IMG/VR virus record: IMGVR_UViG_3300031974_004051
Span: 1,991 to 65,990 of that record
DNA length: 64,000 bases
Source of the DNA: a virus
Taxonomy: Duplodnaviria > Caudoviricetes
Direction: 5' to 3' (one strand)
Below are positions 38,590-47,813 of the stretch, in pieces. The first letter of the stretch is position 1. Each line of letters begins with the position of its first letter. Both the position numbers and the translations under genes were made by a program. The notes beneath the pieces are model-generated. The model ran no database searches, was not told the DNA's origin, and saw only the letters and a list, made by a program, of their open reading frames with translations.

Positions 38590-38976
38590 GGGGGTGACTT
38601 GGAATTGATTGGCGTAGTCAATTATAGCAGGGCACGTAGTGAGATATTTCCTATCACTTAAATCTATGGAGATAATTTTTAAACGGAAACGTTTATTCAC
38701 AGATGGAATTAATGGGTCTTGTATCTGTTGATTCTAAAGTAGCGGTAGCCTAAGGAAACCTCTACAACGGGTCGGGACATATAACCTAGGAACAGAAGTC
38801 TTACAAAGGTGGAGAAACGACTGAATCGGAAATCGAGTCGTACATCTATTGGTGATGGAGGATGTAAAAATTCAATCACATATTTCGGAATATTGAGAAT
38901 CGATATTGTCCTAAACGTGTAGTCCTTTATGGTTGGGACGAGCAAGACGAGGGTTCGAAACCCTCCACCTCCACCA
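38590..38976 (+). ncRNA. ssrA: tmRNA; predicted tag (A)GNVYSQMELMGLVSVDSKVAVA at 38685-38753
   Basis: GGGGGTG/CACCTCC acceptor stem with G3-U70, GGTTCGAA T arm, encoded ACCA, internal tag ORF, terminator at 38979-39000. Confidence 0.93.
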
Positions 38977-39010
38977 ATAGGGATCTTCGGATCCCTTTTT
39001 TATTATCAAT

Positions 39011-39295
39011 ATGAAATTACCAATAGTAGTAGTATACAGAACAATCTATAGAAAGAAAGAGAAACTACATCTCGAGGTATTTCATGGTGTGTATGTCGAT
39101 GATCTTATAGATACCAATAAACGAAAACCTTTAATCCCTAAAGATGCCGACATATTAGAGATAGGTGTTGGGACCTCATTTGAGGAGAAATATTTGAAAA
39201 AATATAAAATGGAAAAGAGTGTGAAGGGTGAGAATACAAACGATAAAATACTGAAAGAATTAAAAAAGGTTGTAAACGAACAAAGAGGTCGTTGA
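39011..39295 (+). CDS. hypothetical protein
   Basis: 94-aa ORF. Confidence 0.6.
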   Translation: MKLPIVVVYRTIYRKKEKLHLEVFHGVYVDDLIDTNKRKPLIPKDADILEIGVGTSFEEKYLKKYKMEKSVKGENTNDKILKELKKVVNEQRGR

Positions 39296-39388
39296 CCCCT
39301 TTGCCGAGATAAAAATTACACTCTCCTTTCGTTATTTTTCGTTTATCAAACAGTACCGACCAAAGTATTGTTCTCATACATATAAATA
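39275..39388 (-). ncRNA. putative ~100-nt RNA B / short non-stop mRNA
   Basis: Upstream terminator at 39404-39428, TATTTATA box at 39388-39381, ATG 3 nt later, terminator hairpin 39303-39281 whose G-U pair favours the - strand. Confidence 0.55.
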
Positions 39389-39456
39389 CTTTATAAGCAT
39401 AAAATAACCCTCATTTAGAGGGTTAATTTTTGTTATTTTTTCGTAAGTTTTTTTAC

Positions 39457-40110
39457 TTATTTATCTGCGACTTGTTTGTAGGCTTTTGGTATCACGTCAC
39501 ACACAACCTCAGCCATTTTCTCACCAAAATCAGATGCTCTAAAGTATTCAAATACCGCATTTCTGAACAGCGGTCCCGCATAACTATCTTTTTCAATATC
39601 ATACATCATGTACTTAGCAATACCTTCTGTCATTGCATCCATCACGGGTGCACCATATTGTTTACAATTATTACCACCTCTGAACATTGCAATTAAGTAT
39701 CTTAGGTCTAAATCCGCTAAAGAAGATGCAAATGCTTGTGAGAGTCTATTTTTAAAACCTAATAAACTCAAACCATACGTGATTAAATATTCCCTAACTC
39801 GTGAAGTAATACCTGAACTAACCTTAGAAGTAAAATCCCCTACACCAGGGTTTATCCCTTCCTTAGACGATGATTGATCTTGTCCAGGTTTAAGGAATTT
39901 ATTAAGAAACTCTCCAACACCTTCACCAATATGACTATCAATTTCTTCGTCACTTTTACCCTTGTCTTGTAAATCAGCTAATGCGTCCGCAATTTTGTTA
40001 AACTTATCTGTGTCCGACATTTCTTCATTCTCAACAATTAAGTTTAGTTTGGTATCGATCTCATACCTTTCATTTAATGTTGATCTAACTATGTTATTAA
40101 TGTTATCCAT
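39457..40110 (-). CDS. hypothetical protein, possibly head-internal/ejected
   Basis: 217 aa; N-terminal ..STLNE propeptide-like segment. Confidence 0.7.
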   Translation of the reverse strand: MDNINNIVRSTLNERYEIDTKLNLIVENEEMSDTDKFNKIADALADLQDKGKSDEEIDSHIGEGVGEFLNKFLKPGQDQSSSKEGINPGVGDFTSKVSSGITSRVREYLITYGLSLLGFKNRLSQAFASSLADLDLRYLIAMFRGGNNCKQYGAPVMDAMTEGIAKYMMYDIEKDSYAGPLFRNAVFEYFRASDFGEKMAEVVCDVIPKAYKQVADK

Positions 40111-40120
40111 TTTTTCTTTT

Positions 40121-42289
40121 TTAAGTGTTTGCGTTAGAGAAATCTACGAAACTATTATTATCATCAATTTTGTTCATACGAGCCCAATTACGTGCAACTC
40201 GTCTAGCGTCTCTTGAATCTGCTACCCAAACATATTCAGTCTTTCTACCCTTTCTCCTATCATAACTATAGTTAATGTGACTCATATGTTTATTAATTAT
40301 ACTTAATTGGTCTTCAGATAGATCGGCTCTTACATCAATAACGAATCTACCGTTTTTAAACCTCATATATTTTGTCAGAATTTCAGATATCGTTAAACCA
40401 CCTACAGTCATGTTTTTCAAATTTTCAAGAGCTTCTTTTCCATTCTTCTGTAACATCGCTTCCGTATCCAACTTAACTATTGGTTTTTTCTCAATATTTG
40501 TTACTGGCTTAACTGTTTCTCTTTCCTTATCATCTTTAGATGATTTTTTTACAGGAACAACCTCACTATCACCACTCGATTTTTTTCCACAATTATCCAT
40601 CATTGTGTCATATACTTTCTTAGTGATTTTTGCGTCATCCTTATCATTATCAGCAAATATATTTTGATCTAACATTGCCTTTTTAGTTATAGGACCATAA
40701 TAACCATCAACCTTTAAATTTGCGGTTGGGTTAAGACATCTCTGAATATTCTTAATCTTATCACTGATACAACCAACTGACATTGGGAAATCATCACATG
40801 GTTTGTATTTAGTACTACCACCTGATCCTCCTGATTTATTGTCATCCCATATAACTGTTAAGTGTGAAGTATTGGTTCTTCCCGAACCTTCCTTATCAGA
40901 TTGTGTTCCCTCAGTATCTTTAGAAGGTTTACCTATAATTTGTAAAAATTCTTTTTTAGCTTCAATACCCTCAAAATCCAAATTGGTTAAATTCTCTACG
41001 TGGTCAGCCAATTCCTTACGTTTGATTTTTGGGTAATTACTAACAATAACTTTAACCGCATCTACTCCTTTATATGTCTTACCAACAACACTTTTTAAAG
41101 CTCTAAGTGCGTCCTTCATATCAGTACTATCACCATCCAAGAAATCACCACTTAATTGGTCATCCAATTCATCAATAACTCTACTTATTTCTCTCGCACT
41201 TAAATCACTGGTTGACACAGTCTCAGATTGTTCGTTAAGTTCTTTGATTGCGGTTTGGTTACATTCCCATTTACCTGTATCACCATTTTTGGTCGATACT
41301 CTGTAATCACTATAGAATTGTATCCAACCACCTGTCTTCTTACCTGCAAACTCATCCATATCTACTCTGACAAAAACACCTTCATCGTCATTACCTGCAG
41401 TTGCGTTATTCTTACCTTCTAATGCATCTACAATACATTTTTTCCAATCCTTAACTGAATCGGGTACATCGTTTGGATCAATATCATCTAAATCAGGTAG
41501 ATCGTCAATTCCTAATGCCGCCTGTATCATATCATAAAAGACATATCCTACAAAACCTAATGCCAATAAAGATGTAATACCGATCCCTTTAGCACCTAAT
41601 TTAGTAAATTTCCAAATTCGAGATGTTGTTTTTACAGTCTCAGGAGTAACTTTAATTTTTGGGGAATTCTTACCCCCCTTAAATATTCTTCCAAAAGTCT
41701 TATCCCATACTTTCCTACCCCCCGCAGCAATGGCTGAAACACCCTTTTCACTTGCGGTTGCCGCTGTTTTCGCGTCTTGACCAACTGATTTAACACCCCC
41801 CTCAACACCTTGAGCCGCGGCCTTAGATGACCGAGCAGATATTTGAGCATCTTTAAATGCGAGTTTCGCATCTTTTGAGGTTGCATCTACAATTTCTTTT
41901 ACTTTGGTTTTAGTAAGTGCCTTCTCCCCCGCTTTAGTTGCGTTGTGTAATCTTATAATCGCAAGTTCTTTCGACGCGAGTTTAAGACTTTCAGGTAGTT
42001 GATTACCGAGTGCCTCCAATGTTGCAAGATCTGCATTTTTTACAAAATTCTTTGATTTTGTTTTGAGACTGTTAAGTGCCTGTTGTTCAGTTCTCTTAAG
42101 TGCCCCTAAAACAATTTTTGTACCCGCTTCACCTTCGAGTTTAAATACCATTTTAAGTTTATCTATATACTTAGAATGTTTTAACCCTTTTGCAATTGTA
42201 ACTGGTTGCTCATTGGTTTGTATTTCATCTTCAAATAGAAGATTTATCATCGATAAATTATTACTCATTCCTTTTCTTTTAATTTTCAA
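40121..42289 (-). CDS. large protein with TM segment and peptidoglycan-binding domain
   Basis: GIGITSLLALGFVGYVFY TM; IQRCL...LKVDGYYGPIT PG-binding motif. Confidence 0.7.
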   Translation of the reverse strand: MKIKRKGMSNNLSMINLLFEDEIQTNEQPVTIAKGLKHSKYIDKLKMVFKLEGEAGTKIVLGALKRTEQQALNSLKTKSKNFVKNADLATLEALGNQLPESLKLASKELAIIRLHNATKAGEKALTKTKVKEIVDATSKDAKLAFKDAQISARSSKAAAQGVEGGVKSVGQDAKTAATASEKGVSAIAAGGRKVWDKTFGRIFKGGKNSPKIKVTPETVKTTSRIWKFTKLGAKGIGITSLLALGFVGYVFYDMIQAALGIDDLPDLDDIDPNDVPDSVKDWKKCIVDALEGKNNATAGNDDEGVFVRVDMDEFAGKKTGGWIQFYSDYRVSTKNGDTGKWECNQTAIKELNEQSETVSTSDLSAREISRVIDELDDQLSGDFLDGDSTDMKDALRALKSVVGKTYKGVDAVKVIVSNYPKIKRKELADHVENLTNLDFEGIEAKKEFLQIIGKPSKDTEGTQSDKEGSGRTNTSHLTVIWDDNKSGGSGGSTKYKPCDDFPMSVGCISDKIKNIQRCLNPTANLKVDGYYGPITKKAMLDQNIFADNDKDDAKITKKVYDTMMDNCGKKSSGDSEVVPVKKSSKDDKERETVKPVTNIEKKPIVKLDTEAMLQKNGKEALENLKNMTVGGLTISEILTKYMRFKNGRFVIDVRADLSEDQLSIINKHMSHINYSYDRRKGRKTEYVWVADSRDARRVARNWARMNKIDDNNSFVDFSNANT

Positions 42290-42294
42290 ATTAT

Positions 42295-43500
42295 TTAAAG
42301 TTCATCAAATGGATCTTTATCACCATAAAGTTCGTCATAGACCTGCATAGTTTTTTCAAAATTTTCAGCATCTTCTGCAGATATACCTGTGTATGCTTCA
42401 ATACCCTTTTCAATACCGTAAACAAGTGCCCCCGAGGTAGTACCGGCCTTGACACCTCTTACTAATTTTTGTTTTGCTGTTAATCCTGTAGTATCAGGGA
42501 ACATTTTTATGACGAAGTCTTTTATTTTTTTGACTGCCTTACTTAAAAAACCAGTAATTTTATTGATAAACTTATCTAATGCACTCCATTTACCTTTTAG
42601 TTTACCAAGAACCGATTTAATTTTAGATGTTATCCATTGGGTTCCACCTTTTATTTTTTTGATTATATTCATAAACGCCTTATTACCACTCATTACTTTT
42701 TTAACTTGTGATATCGACCTAACTCCCTTAAACAATCCTCTTGCACCTTTAGCGGCTAACCCCGCACCAAGTAAACCAATAAGATCACAGACAAGGTCTA
42801 ATATTTTCATCCACATTGGAGTCCCTTCAGGATCCCAATCACCACTTATTAATTGGTAGACATCTAATCCAGTTACTAATCCCCAGAATACCATTTGTGG
42901 GACTTTTCCAATACCCGTTGCAATTAAAATTGCATCAACTATAATACCTATGGTGGAGTAAGCAGCGGCCTTAAACTTCCTTAAAATCCAAAGTAATCCA
43001 CGTCCAAGAGCATTCCAAACATCTTTCCATTGTAAGTTAGATAGTTTTGCCCCAAATTCAGCTAACTTCTTTTTCGCTTCAGAGTAAAAATCAGAAATAC
43101 CTTTTCCCGCAGCTTTGACTTTTTTACCTAACCATGAATTACTGATCCATTCACCAAAACCTTCTTCTAAAAAGAAATCTCTTAACTCATATAAATTTTG
43201 ATCGGTACTTTCTACTAAGGGTGATGATAAAACACTTTCTCTGATCTCACCAAACTCTTCAGTATCATTCTCCACATTTGAAAAGATCGTCTTAAATACA
43301 CTCATAGACTCCCATAGATACCCCAAATTCGTCTTTTCTTGAATATCTATGACATGATCATTTAAAATAAAATATCTTTCGTCACAAGTGATGAATGCTT
43401 CAAATACAACACCTGGTTCTTTTGGACTACTGACATGACCACTATAATTAAGTATTTGATTATGTCTTTCTAATAATATACCTTGTCTTTGTACTACCAT
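42295..43500 (-). CDS. hydrophobic helical protein, possibly ejection/membrane-inserting
   Basis: Gly/Ala-rich hydrophobic hairpins followed by basic helices. Confidence 0.7.
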   Translation of the reverse strand: MVVQRQGILLERHNQILNYSGHVSSPKEPGVVFEAFITCDERYFILNDHVIDIQEKTNLGYLWESMSVFKTIFSNVENDTEEFGEIRESVLSSPLVESTDQNLYELRDFFLEEGFGEWISNSWLGKKVKAAGKGISDFYSEAKKKLAEFGAKLSNLQWKDVWNALGRGLLWILRKFKAAAYSTIGIIVDAILIATGIGKVPQMVFWGLVTGLDVYQLISGDWDPEGTPMWMKILDLVCDLIGLLGAGLAAKGARGLFKGVRSISQVKKVMSGNKAFMNIIKKIKGGTQWITSKIKSVLGKLKGKWSALDKFINKITGFLSKAVKKIKDFVIKMFPDTTGLTAKQKLVRGVKAGTTSGALVYGIEKGIEAYTGISAEDAENFEKTMQVYDELYGDKDPFDEL

Positions 43501-43514
43501 ATCATATATAAATA

Positions 43515-43754
43515 TTAATAAAGTGGGTTAGCTTTACCTCTACTCACTGATTGACCTACAATTTCAGACCACTTAGTAACAGCGATCTGATTTGCAGGAC
43601 CCCTCGTAACACCACTTTCCCATTGTTTACTACCAGCTGTGGTAGAACCCTCTGGTTCGCTGGTACCTGTATCGGTACCATCTTGTTGTTCTTCAATTTC
43701 TTTATACGTTTCAGCTATCATTGATAACTGTTTTTCAGATACTATCATCTTCAT
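43515..43754 (-). CDS. small protein with propeptide-like N-terminus and two W..GVTRG.AN-like repeats
   Basis: MKMIVSEKQL; TATTTATA box 4 nt upstream. Confidence 0.7.
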   Translation of the reverse strand: MKMIVSEKQLSMIAETYKEIEEQQDGTDTGTSEPEGSTTAGSKQWESGVTRGPANQIAVTKWSEIVGQSVSRGKANPLY

Positions 43755-43785
43755 GATATATAAATATCAAAAAAAATATTTGAAA

Positions 43786-43818
43786 TTTGTATTAATATCA
43801 AAAAAAATACTATATTTG
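43786..43818 (+). promoter_or_regulatory. Bacteroidota sigmaA promoter
   Basis: TTTG-N21-TATATTTG, a full match to the -33/-7 consensus. Confidence 0.7.
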
Positions 43819-43839
43819 TACAAGTAAAACTCTTGAGAT

Positions 43840-44406
43840 ATGAAAAAGTTATTTATAATATTCTTATTTTTAATATTTGGTTGTGAAGTCTATGAGGAAC
43901 CAAGTAACCCCCAACTTAATCTAAATGGTAGGTGGGACGTAGTAGATATTGATGTAATCATTGATAAAGTCAACTATAATAGTGATGTAATTGTAACTAA
44001 TGAAGAACAGGCTTCGGTCTCAAACTTCTTCGTTGTGGGTGTCAATGAGAACGGTGATTTAATATTAACCCAAGATTTCGAAGGAACCATTATAAATCGT
44101 AGATTTGATGAGAACTCAACTCAATGGGAATTTGATTATCATAATTTAATTATTGGTGATCACATATCTACAGAAATGATGGATGTATGGTTTCCTTGTA
44201 CCTATTGTACAGAACAAACCATCATTGAAACCGATTATATGGGTGAAAAAACAAGATACACATTTACTACTGACACCTATGGTGCAATGCCGTCAAATGT
44301 CCTTAAATTAACCTCCCAAGTCTTCTATACAAATATTTTAATAGATGGTAATCAATATGACAAAGCCATCGAATCACACTTAGAAATAACATTACATAGA
44401 TTTTAA
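43840..44406 (+). CDS. lipoprotein (lipocalin-like, LNGRWDV)
   Basis: Lipobox LIFG-C after a short signal peptide. Confidence 0.7.
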   Translation: MKKLFIIFLFLIFGCEVYEEPSNPQLNLNGRWDVVDIDVIIDKVNYNSDVIVTNEEQASVSNFFVVGVNENGDLILTQDFEGTIINRRFDENSTQWEFDYHNLIIGDHISTEMMDVWFPCTYCTEQTIIETDYMGEKTRYTFTTDTYGAMPSNVLKLTSQVFYTNILIDGNQYDKAIESHLEITLHRF

Positions 44407-44408
44407 TT

Positions 44409-44777
44409 ATGAAAGTACATCCTTATGTATATGTTGGGTTGAATAGTCAAACTCAAGCAACATTTAAAAAGAGTAAACATAATAATATCAATCCCAATAC
44501 TGTACTTAAAATTGTGTCTCAAAAAACAGGTGTCACAGTAAATGAAATACTGTCAAAATCAAGAGTGAGAGAAATATCTGATGCGAGACAGATGTTTTGT
44601 TATATAATGAGGGAAAAGTATGGTATGAGATACTCTAAAATAGGTAAGATAATCGGTAGAGATCACGCAACAGCAATTCACTCTTGTAGATCACATAAAG
44701 ACAAATGTGATGTACTAAGAGAATATAGGGAATTAACTAAAGTAACGTGTGAACTCGTTAGAGAGTCTGAGTTCTAA
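44409..44777 (+). CDS. stand-alone DnaA C-terminal (domain IV) HTH protein
   Basis: ILSKSR.REI..ARQM..YI.RE......IGK..GRDHATAIHS. Confidence 0.85.
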   Translation: MKVHPYVYVGLNSQTQATFKKSKHNNINPNTVLKIVSQKTGVTVNEILSKSRVREISDARQMFCYIMREKYGMRYSKIGKIIGRDHATAIHSCRSHKDKCDVLREYRELTKVTCELVRESEF

Positions 44778-44999
44778 TTACCTCGTTGTAGCCGTATGTA
44801 GGACAAACAGGATCATACCTGATAATAAGATACCTAAAATAGTCTTATCATTTTGTGTAACCTTTGGATTGTCCTTGATGTTTAGTTTATCGAATAAACT
44901 TGTAGAAGGTCTCTTTTTCTCCCAACTTGGTTTATTGGATGCACAACTACCAAATAGGAATATACTACATAACATCAATGCAACTATTTTTCTTTTCAT
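44778..44999 (-). CDS. small lipoprotein with C-terminal TM segment
   Basis: LFGS-C lipobox plus a hydrophobic C-terminus. Confidence 0.6.
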   Translation of the reverse strand: MKRKIVALMLCSIFLFGSCASNKPSWEKKRPSTSLFDKLNIKDNPKVTQNDKTILGILLSGMILFVLHTATTR

Positions 45000-45037
45000 A
45001 CTGAGAAATGTTGTTGATTTATACGATGAATGATATT

Positions 45038-45409
45038 CTATTCATCATAAATTGTACTATCCATCTTCGAGTACAATTTAATAAACTGTCCCGCTTTTGA
45101 GTTTGCCTCATCTTCTATTTCACCACCAATATCAGGTGGTTTGGGACCGTCTAAACGACCTTGTTCATATTGTGAGTGATGTACTAACTCATGTGCAATA
45201 CTTCTCATAATATCAACAATATGTCTATTTTTTGAGTTTACTTTAATAACTTTTGTGGGTTGGGAATAGTTGTAATGTGCTGTCGTTTTAAGATCACCTC
45301 TACCATTCAATAGTTTAATTGAAGGCATAGTTTTAATACCTAACTCATCTTTAACGAATTTTACAAATTCTACAATCCTATTTTTATCCCTTTCCTCTAA
45401 GAAACTCAT
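45038..45409 (-). CDS. zincin-like metalloprotein
   Basis: RSIAHELVH...EDEAN (HExxH plus E). Confidence 0.7.
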   Translation of the reverse strand: MSFLEERDKNRIVEFVKFVKDELGIKTMPSIKLLNGRGDLKTTAHYNYSQPTKVIKVNSKNRHIVDIMRSIAHELVHHSQYEQGRLDGPKPPDIGGEIEDEANSKAGQFIKLYSKMDSTIYDE

Positions 45410-45423
45410 ACTAATAAATATAC

Positions 45424-45765
45424 CTATTCAATAATAATCTTAGTTTCTTCTAAAATTACACCTTCAGAGGATAAAGACAATTTAAACTCACCCTTAGGTA
45501 ATGATTTAGTATAAATGGTTTTGGTATTTAACCCTAAAAAGGGTTGGAATGTTTCTTTTGATACTGTAGATCCATTAAGATATGAAATAACTAATTGATG
45601 TTTCTCTATACTCAAAACCTCAAATGAAAATTCTTGTCCGTCAACCACATTGGATATCGATTCTTCAAATATCATTTCATATTGTGGATATGGTTCAACA
45701 ACCATCAGTTCATCCTTTTGACAAGAGAATAAAATTAGTAATACGACTACCCAAAGTTTTTTCAT
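45424..45765 (-). CDS. lipoprotein with T9SS C-terminal-domain-like fold
   Basis: LFS-C lipobox; LPKGEFKLSL...ETKIIIE ending. Confidence 0.6.
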   Translation of the reverse strand: MKKLWVVVLLILFSCQKDELMVVEPYPQYEMIFEESISNVVDGQEFSFEVLSIEKHQLVISYLNGSTVSKETFQPFLGLNTKTIYTKSLPKGEFKLSLSSEGVILEETKIIIE

Positions 45766-47813
45766 TTTATTATTACATTTATTGTGTTAGCATTCTTATC
45801 AACCACTTCTGATTTTTTCACCGATACCAATCCTAATGTAGAATCAAATGATTGTATTGGTTTGAAATAAATTTTATATTGAACACCATCATTTAAGTTC
45901 ATAGAACCATCTACCGATATAGAACCTACCTTAATATAAGAACTTCTCTTAGCATCAAAACTACTCATCATTGAGGTAGTTTCTAACTTATCATATTCTA
46001 CTCTTTCGTTATCAAACCCAATTCTAAATTCAGAACCGACTAAATTGAAATTATTTTTGGGTAGATCTAAAGTAATGATCATATATTCTTCAGTTTTTTC
46101 AATATCTAAGTCAACCTCTAACAAAGTATTATTTTGAGTAGATGAATTTCTTACACTCATTATTCTTGCTGAAGAAGTTGTTTGTGTTGTTTGAGGTGCA
46201 GAATGTGAAAGGTTTACATCACCCAAGAATGAAACTTTATATTCTAATGTTTGTAGTGTATCCTTTATACCAAATAAAATACTTGTTGATGGTGAATAGG
46301 TAGTTTGTGTACTCCAATTTGAAGTTGTAGTTCCATCATATTCTGATTTAGGTACAATTCTCATTATCTCTGATAGATACCCATTGAAACCTATATCATT
46401 ACCTTGTAAAAAGTTTAACCCTATTTGTGTATCTTGGAAATCAAAATTCTTATCTCCATTTATATCTGCGTTTTGTAATTGAACTCCATTCAAATCTCCT
46501 TTGAATCCACCATTGATTCCACCACCAGCTAATTCACTAAACCCAGCAACTACATCAGCAACCGTAATGTAATCATCCATAAATTCTTCTGCAGTCCATT
46601 GTTCAATACTATTAGATGGATTCATAAAAGTTACTTTATGTCCTTTATAGATTTCATTGTCTACAAAAGTAAATTCTGCTTTTATTCCATAGAATCCATT
46701 TGCATCTCTGATATAAGTTGAAGAAGATGAGTTGGTAAAATCAAATTGAGTATCGGTATTAATATAATACTCTGCCCAATATTGGTCATCTGATTTATAT
46801 TCTACTACATCATCCCACAAATCAAATAGTTGTAGTTTTTTCAAATCACTAAAAGTAAATCCACTCGCAAATTCTCTTTTATCAATACCAACTCTATATC
46901 TTTTATTTGTAGAATCGTAATCATAAATCACACACCACTCAACTGAACCACCAATTGTTGTTCCCTTTTTACCATCTGCCATTTTTAATGTGTTTATGTA
47001 ATCGGTAATATCTTTACTACCATCATCATCTAAATAATAAGATGAGTTCATTGTAGATGTATTTAACCACTCAGTACCAGTTTGAGCAGAAGTTCCATCA
47101 TAATAAACTCTGAATCTATATTGTTCTGGTGCTAATTGAGAATGGAATTCTAAATCTAAATCTACTTCAGGATTTGTTGAACTACTTCCACCACTTGGGT
47201 CTACATTTGTCCAAGTTCCGAATTGATGATTAGTACTAATTTGATTATATATTGGAGAACTTGAATTTGCTGGTATTGAATAATAAAAATTATAATATGC
47301 TCCACCACCATATTCTTGGTATCTAAATTCAAATTCATACCACTTAGTTTTATCTAAAGTTGCAGTTCCATATACCCAAGAACAACAACCCCATTGATAT
47401 GTCATTGTTTGCCACTCAGTAGTTCCTACTTCTCTATATCGACTTTCAGAAGAATCATCTGCAACTGTTCTAATATTATAAGTTCCACTTTTATTTGGTT
47501 TGAACCAACCAGAATAAACTACCGCATAAAAATCATTTCCCCAACGAGATGGTAACCCACCTGCTAAACCAGTTGAACCATAAGGTGATACTTCCCCACT
47601 ATGAGTTAGGGTTGTACCAGGTTGGTTTGTATCAACCATTGCATCAAATTCTGCAGTTGAATTTGCTCCACCACTATATGATACTCCATTGTAAGTTGAG
47701 GATGAACCACTTCCATAGTGAGTTTTGTAGGATTTATAATTTATATATCCTTCTCCACTTTGTCCAAATACTAAAGATGGTAATAACAATAATATGTAAA
47801 GAAGTTTTTTCAT
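45762..47813 (-). CDS. secreted PA14-like plus dockerin-like plus cohesin-like protein
   Basis: Signal peptide then Q; YSGWFKP..SGTY...ADDSS and YQEYGGG (PA14); ADINGDKNFDFQD (dockerin loop); GSEFRIGFD (cohesin-like). Confidence 0.65.
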   Translation of the reverse strand: MKKLLYILLLLPSLVFGQSGEGYINYKSYKTHYGSGSSSTYNGVSYSGGANSTAEFDAMVDTNQPGTTLTHSGEVSPYGSTGLAGGLPSRWGNDFYAVVYSGWFKPNKSGTYNIRTVADDSSESRYREVGTTEWQTMTYQWGCCSWVYGTATLDKTKWYEFEFRYQEYGGGAYYNFYYSIPANSSSPIYNQISTNHQFGTWTNVDPSGGSSSTNPEVDLDLEFHSQLAPEQYRFRVYYDGTSAQTGTEWLNTSTMNSSYYLDDDGSKDITDYINTLKMADGKKGTTIGGSVEWCVIYDYDSTNKRYRVGIDKREFASGFTFSDLKKLQLFDLWDDVVEYKSDDQYWAEYYINTDTQFDFTNSSSSTYIRDANGFYGIKAEFTFVDNEIYKGHKVTFMNPSNSIEQWTAEEFMDDYITVADVVAGFSELAGGGINGGFKGDLNGVQLQNADINGDKNFDFQDTQIGLNFLQGNDIGFNGYLSEIMRIVPKSEYDGTTTSNWSTQTTYSPSTSILFGIKDTLQTLEYKVSFLGDVNLSHSAPQTTQTTSSARIMSVRNSSTQNNTLLEVDLDIEKTEEYMIITLDLPKNNFNLVGSEFRIGFDNERVEYDKLETTSMMSSFDAKRSSYIKVGSISVDGSMNLNDGVQYKIYFKPIQSFDSTLGLVSVKKSEVVDKNANTINVIIK

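Noticed and set aside
36279-38945. ORF-track entries 36279-36608, the 37156 start, and 38709-38945
   Set aside because: They overlap tRNA or tmRNA genes and are spurious.
39138-39377. Full 79-aa protein on the minus strand
   Set aside because: A terminator interrupts it after about 32 codons and the rest is antisense to the 39011 gene; only the 5' part is considered plausible.
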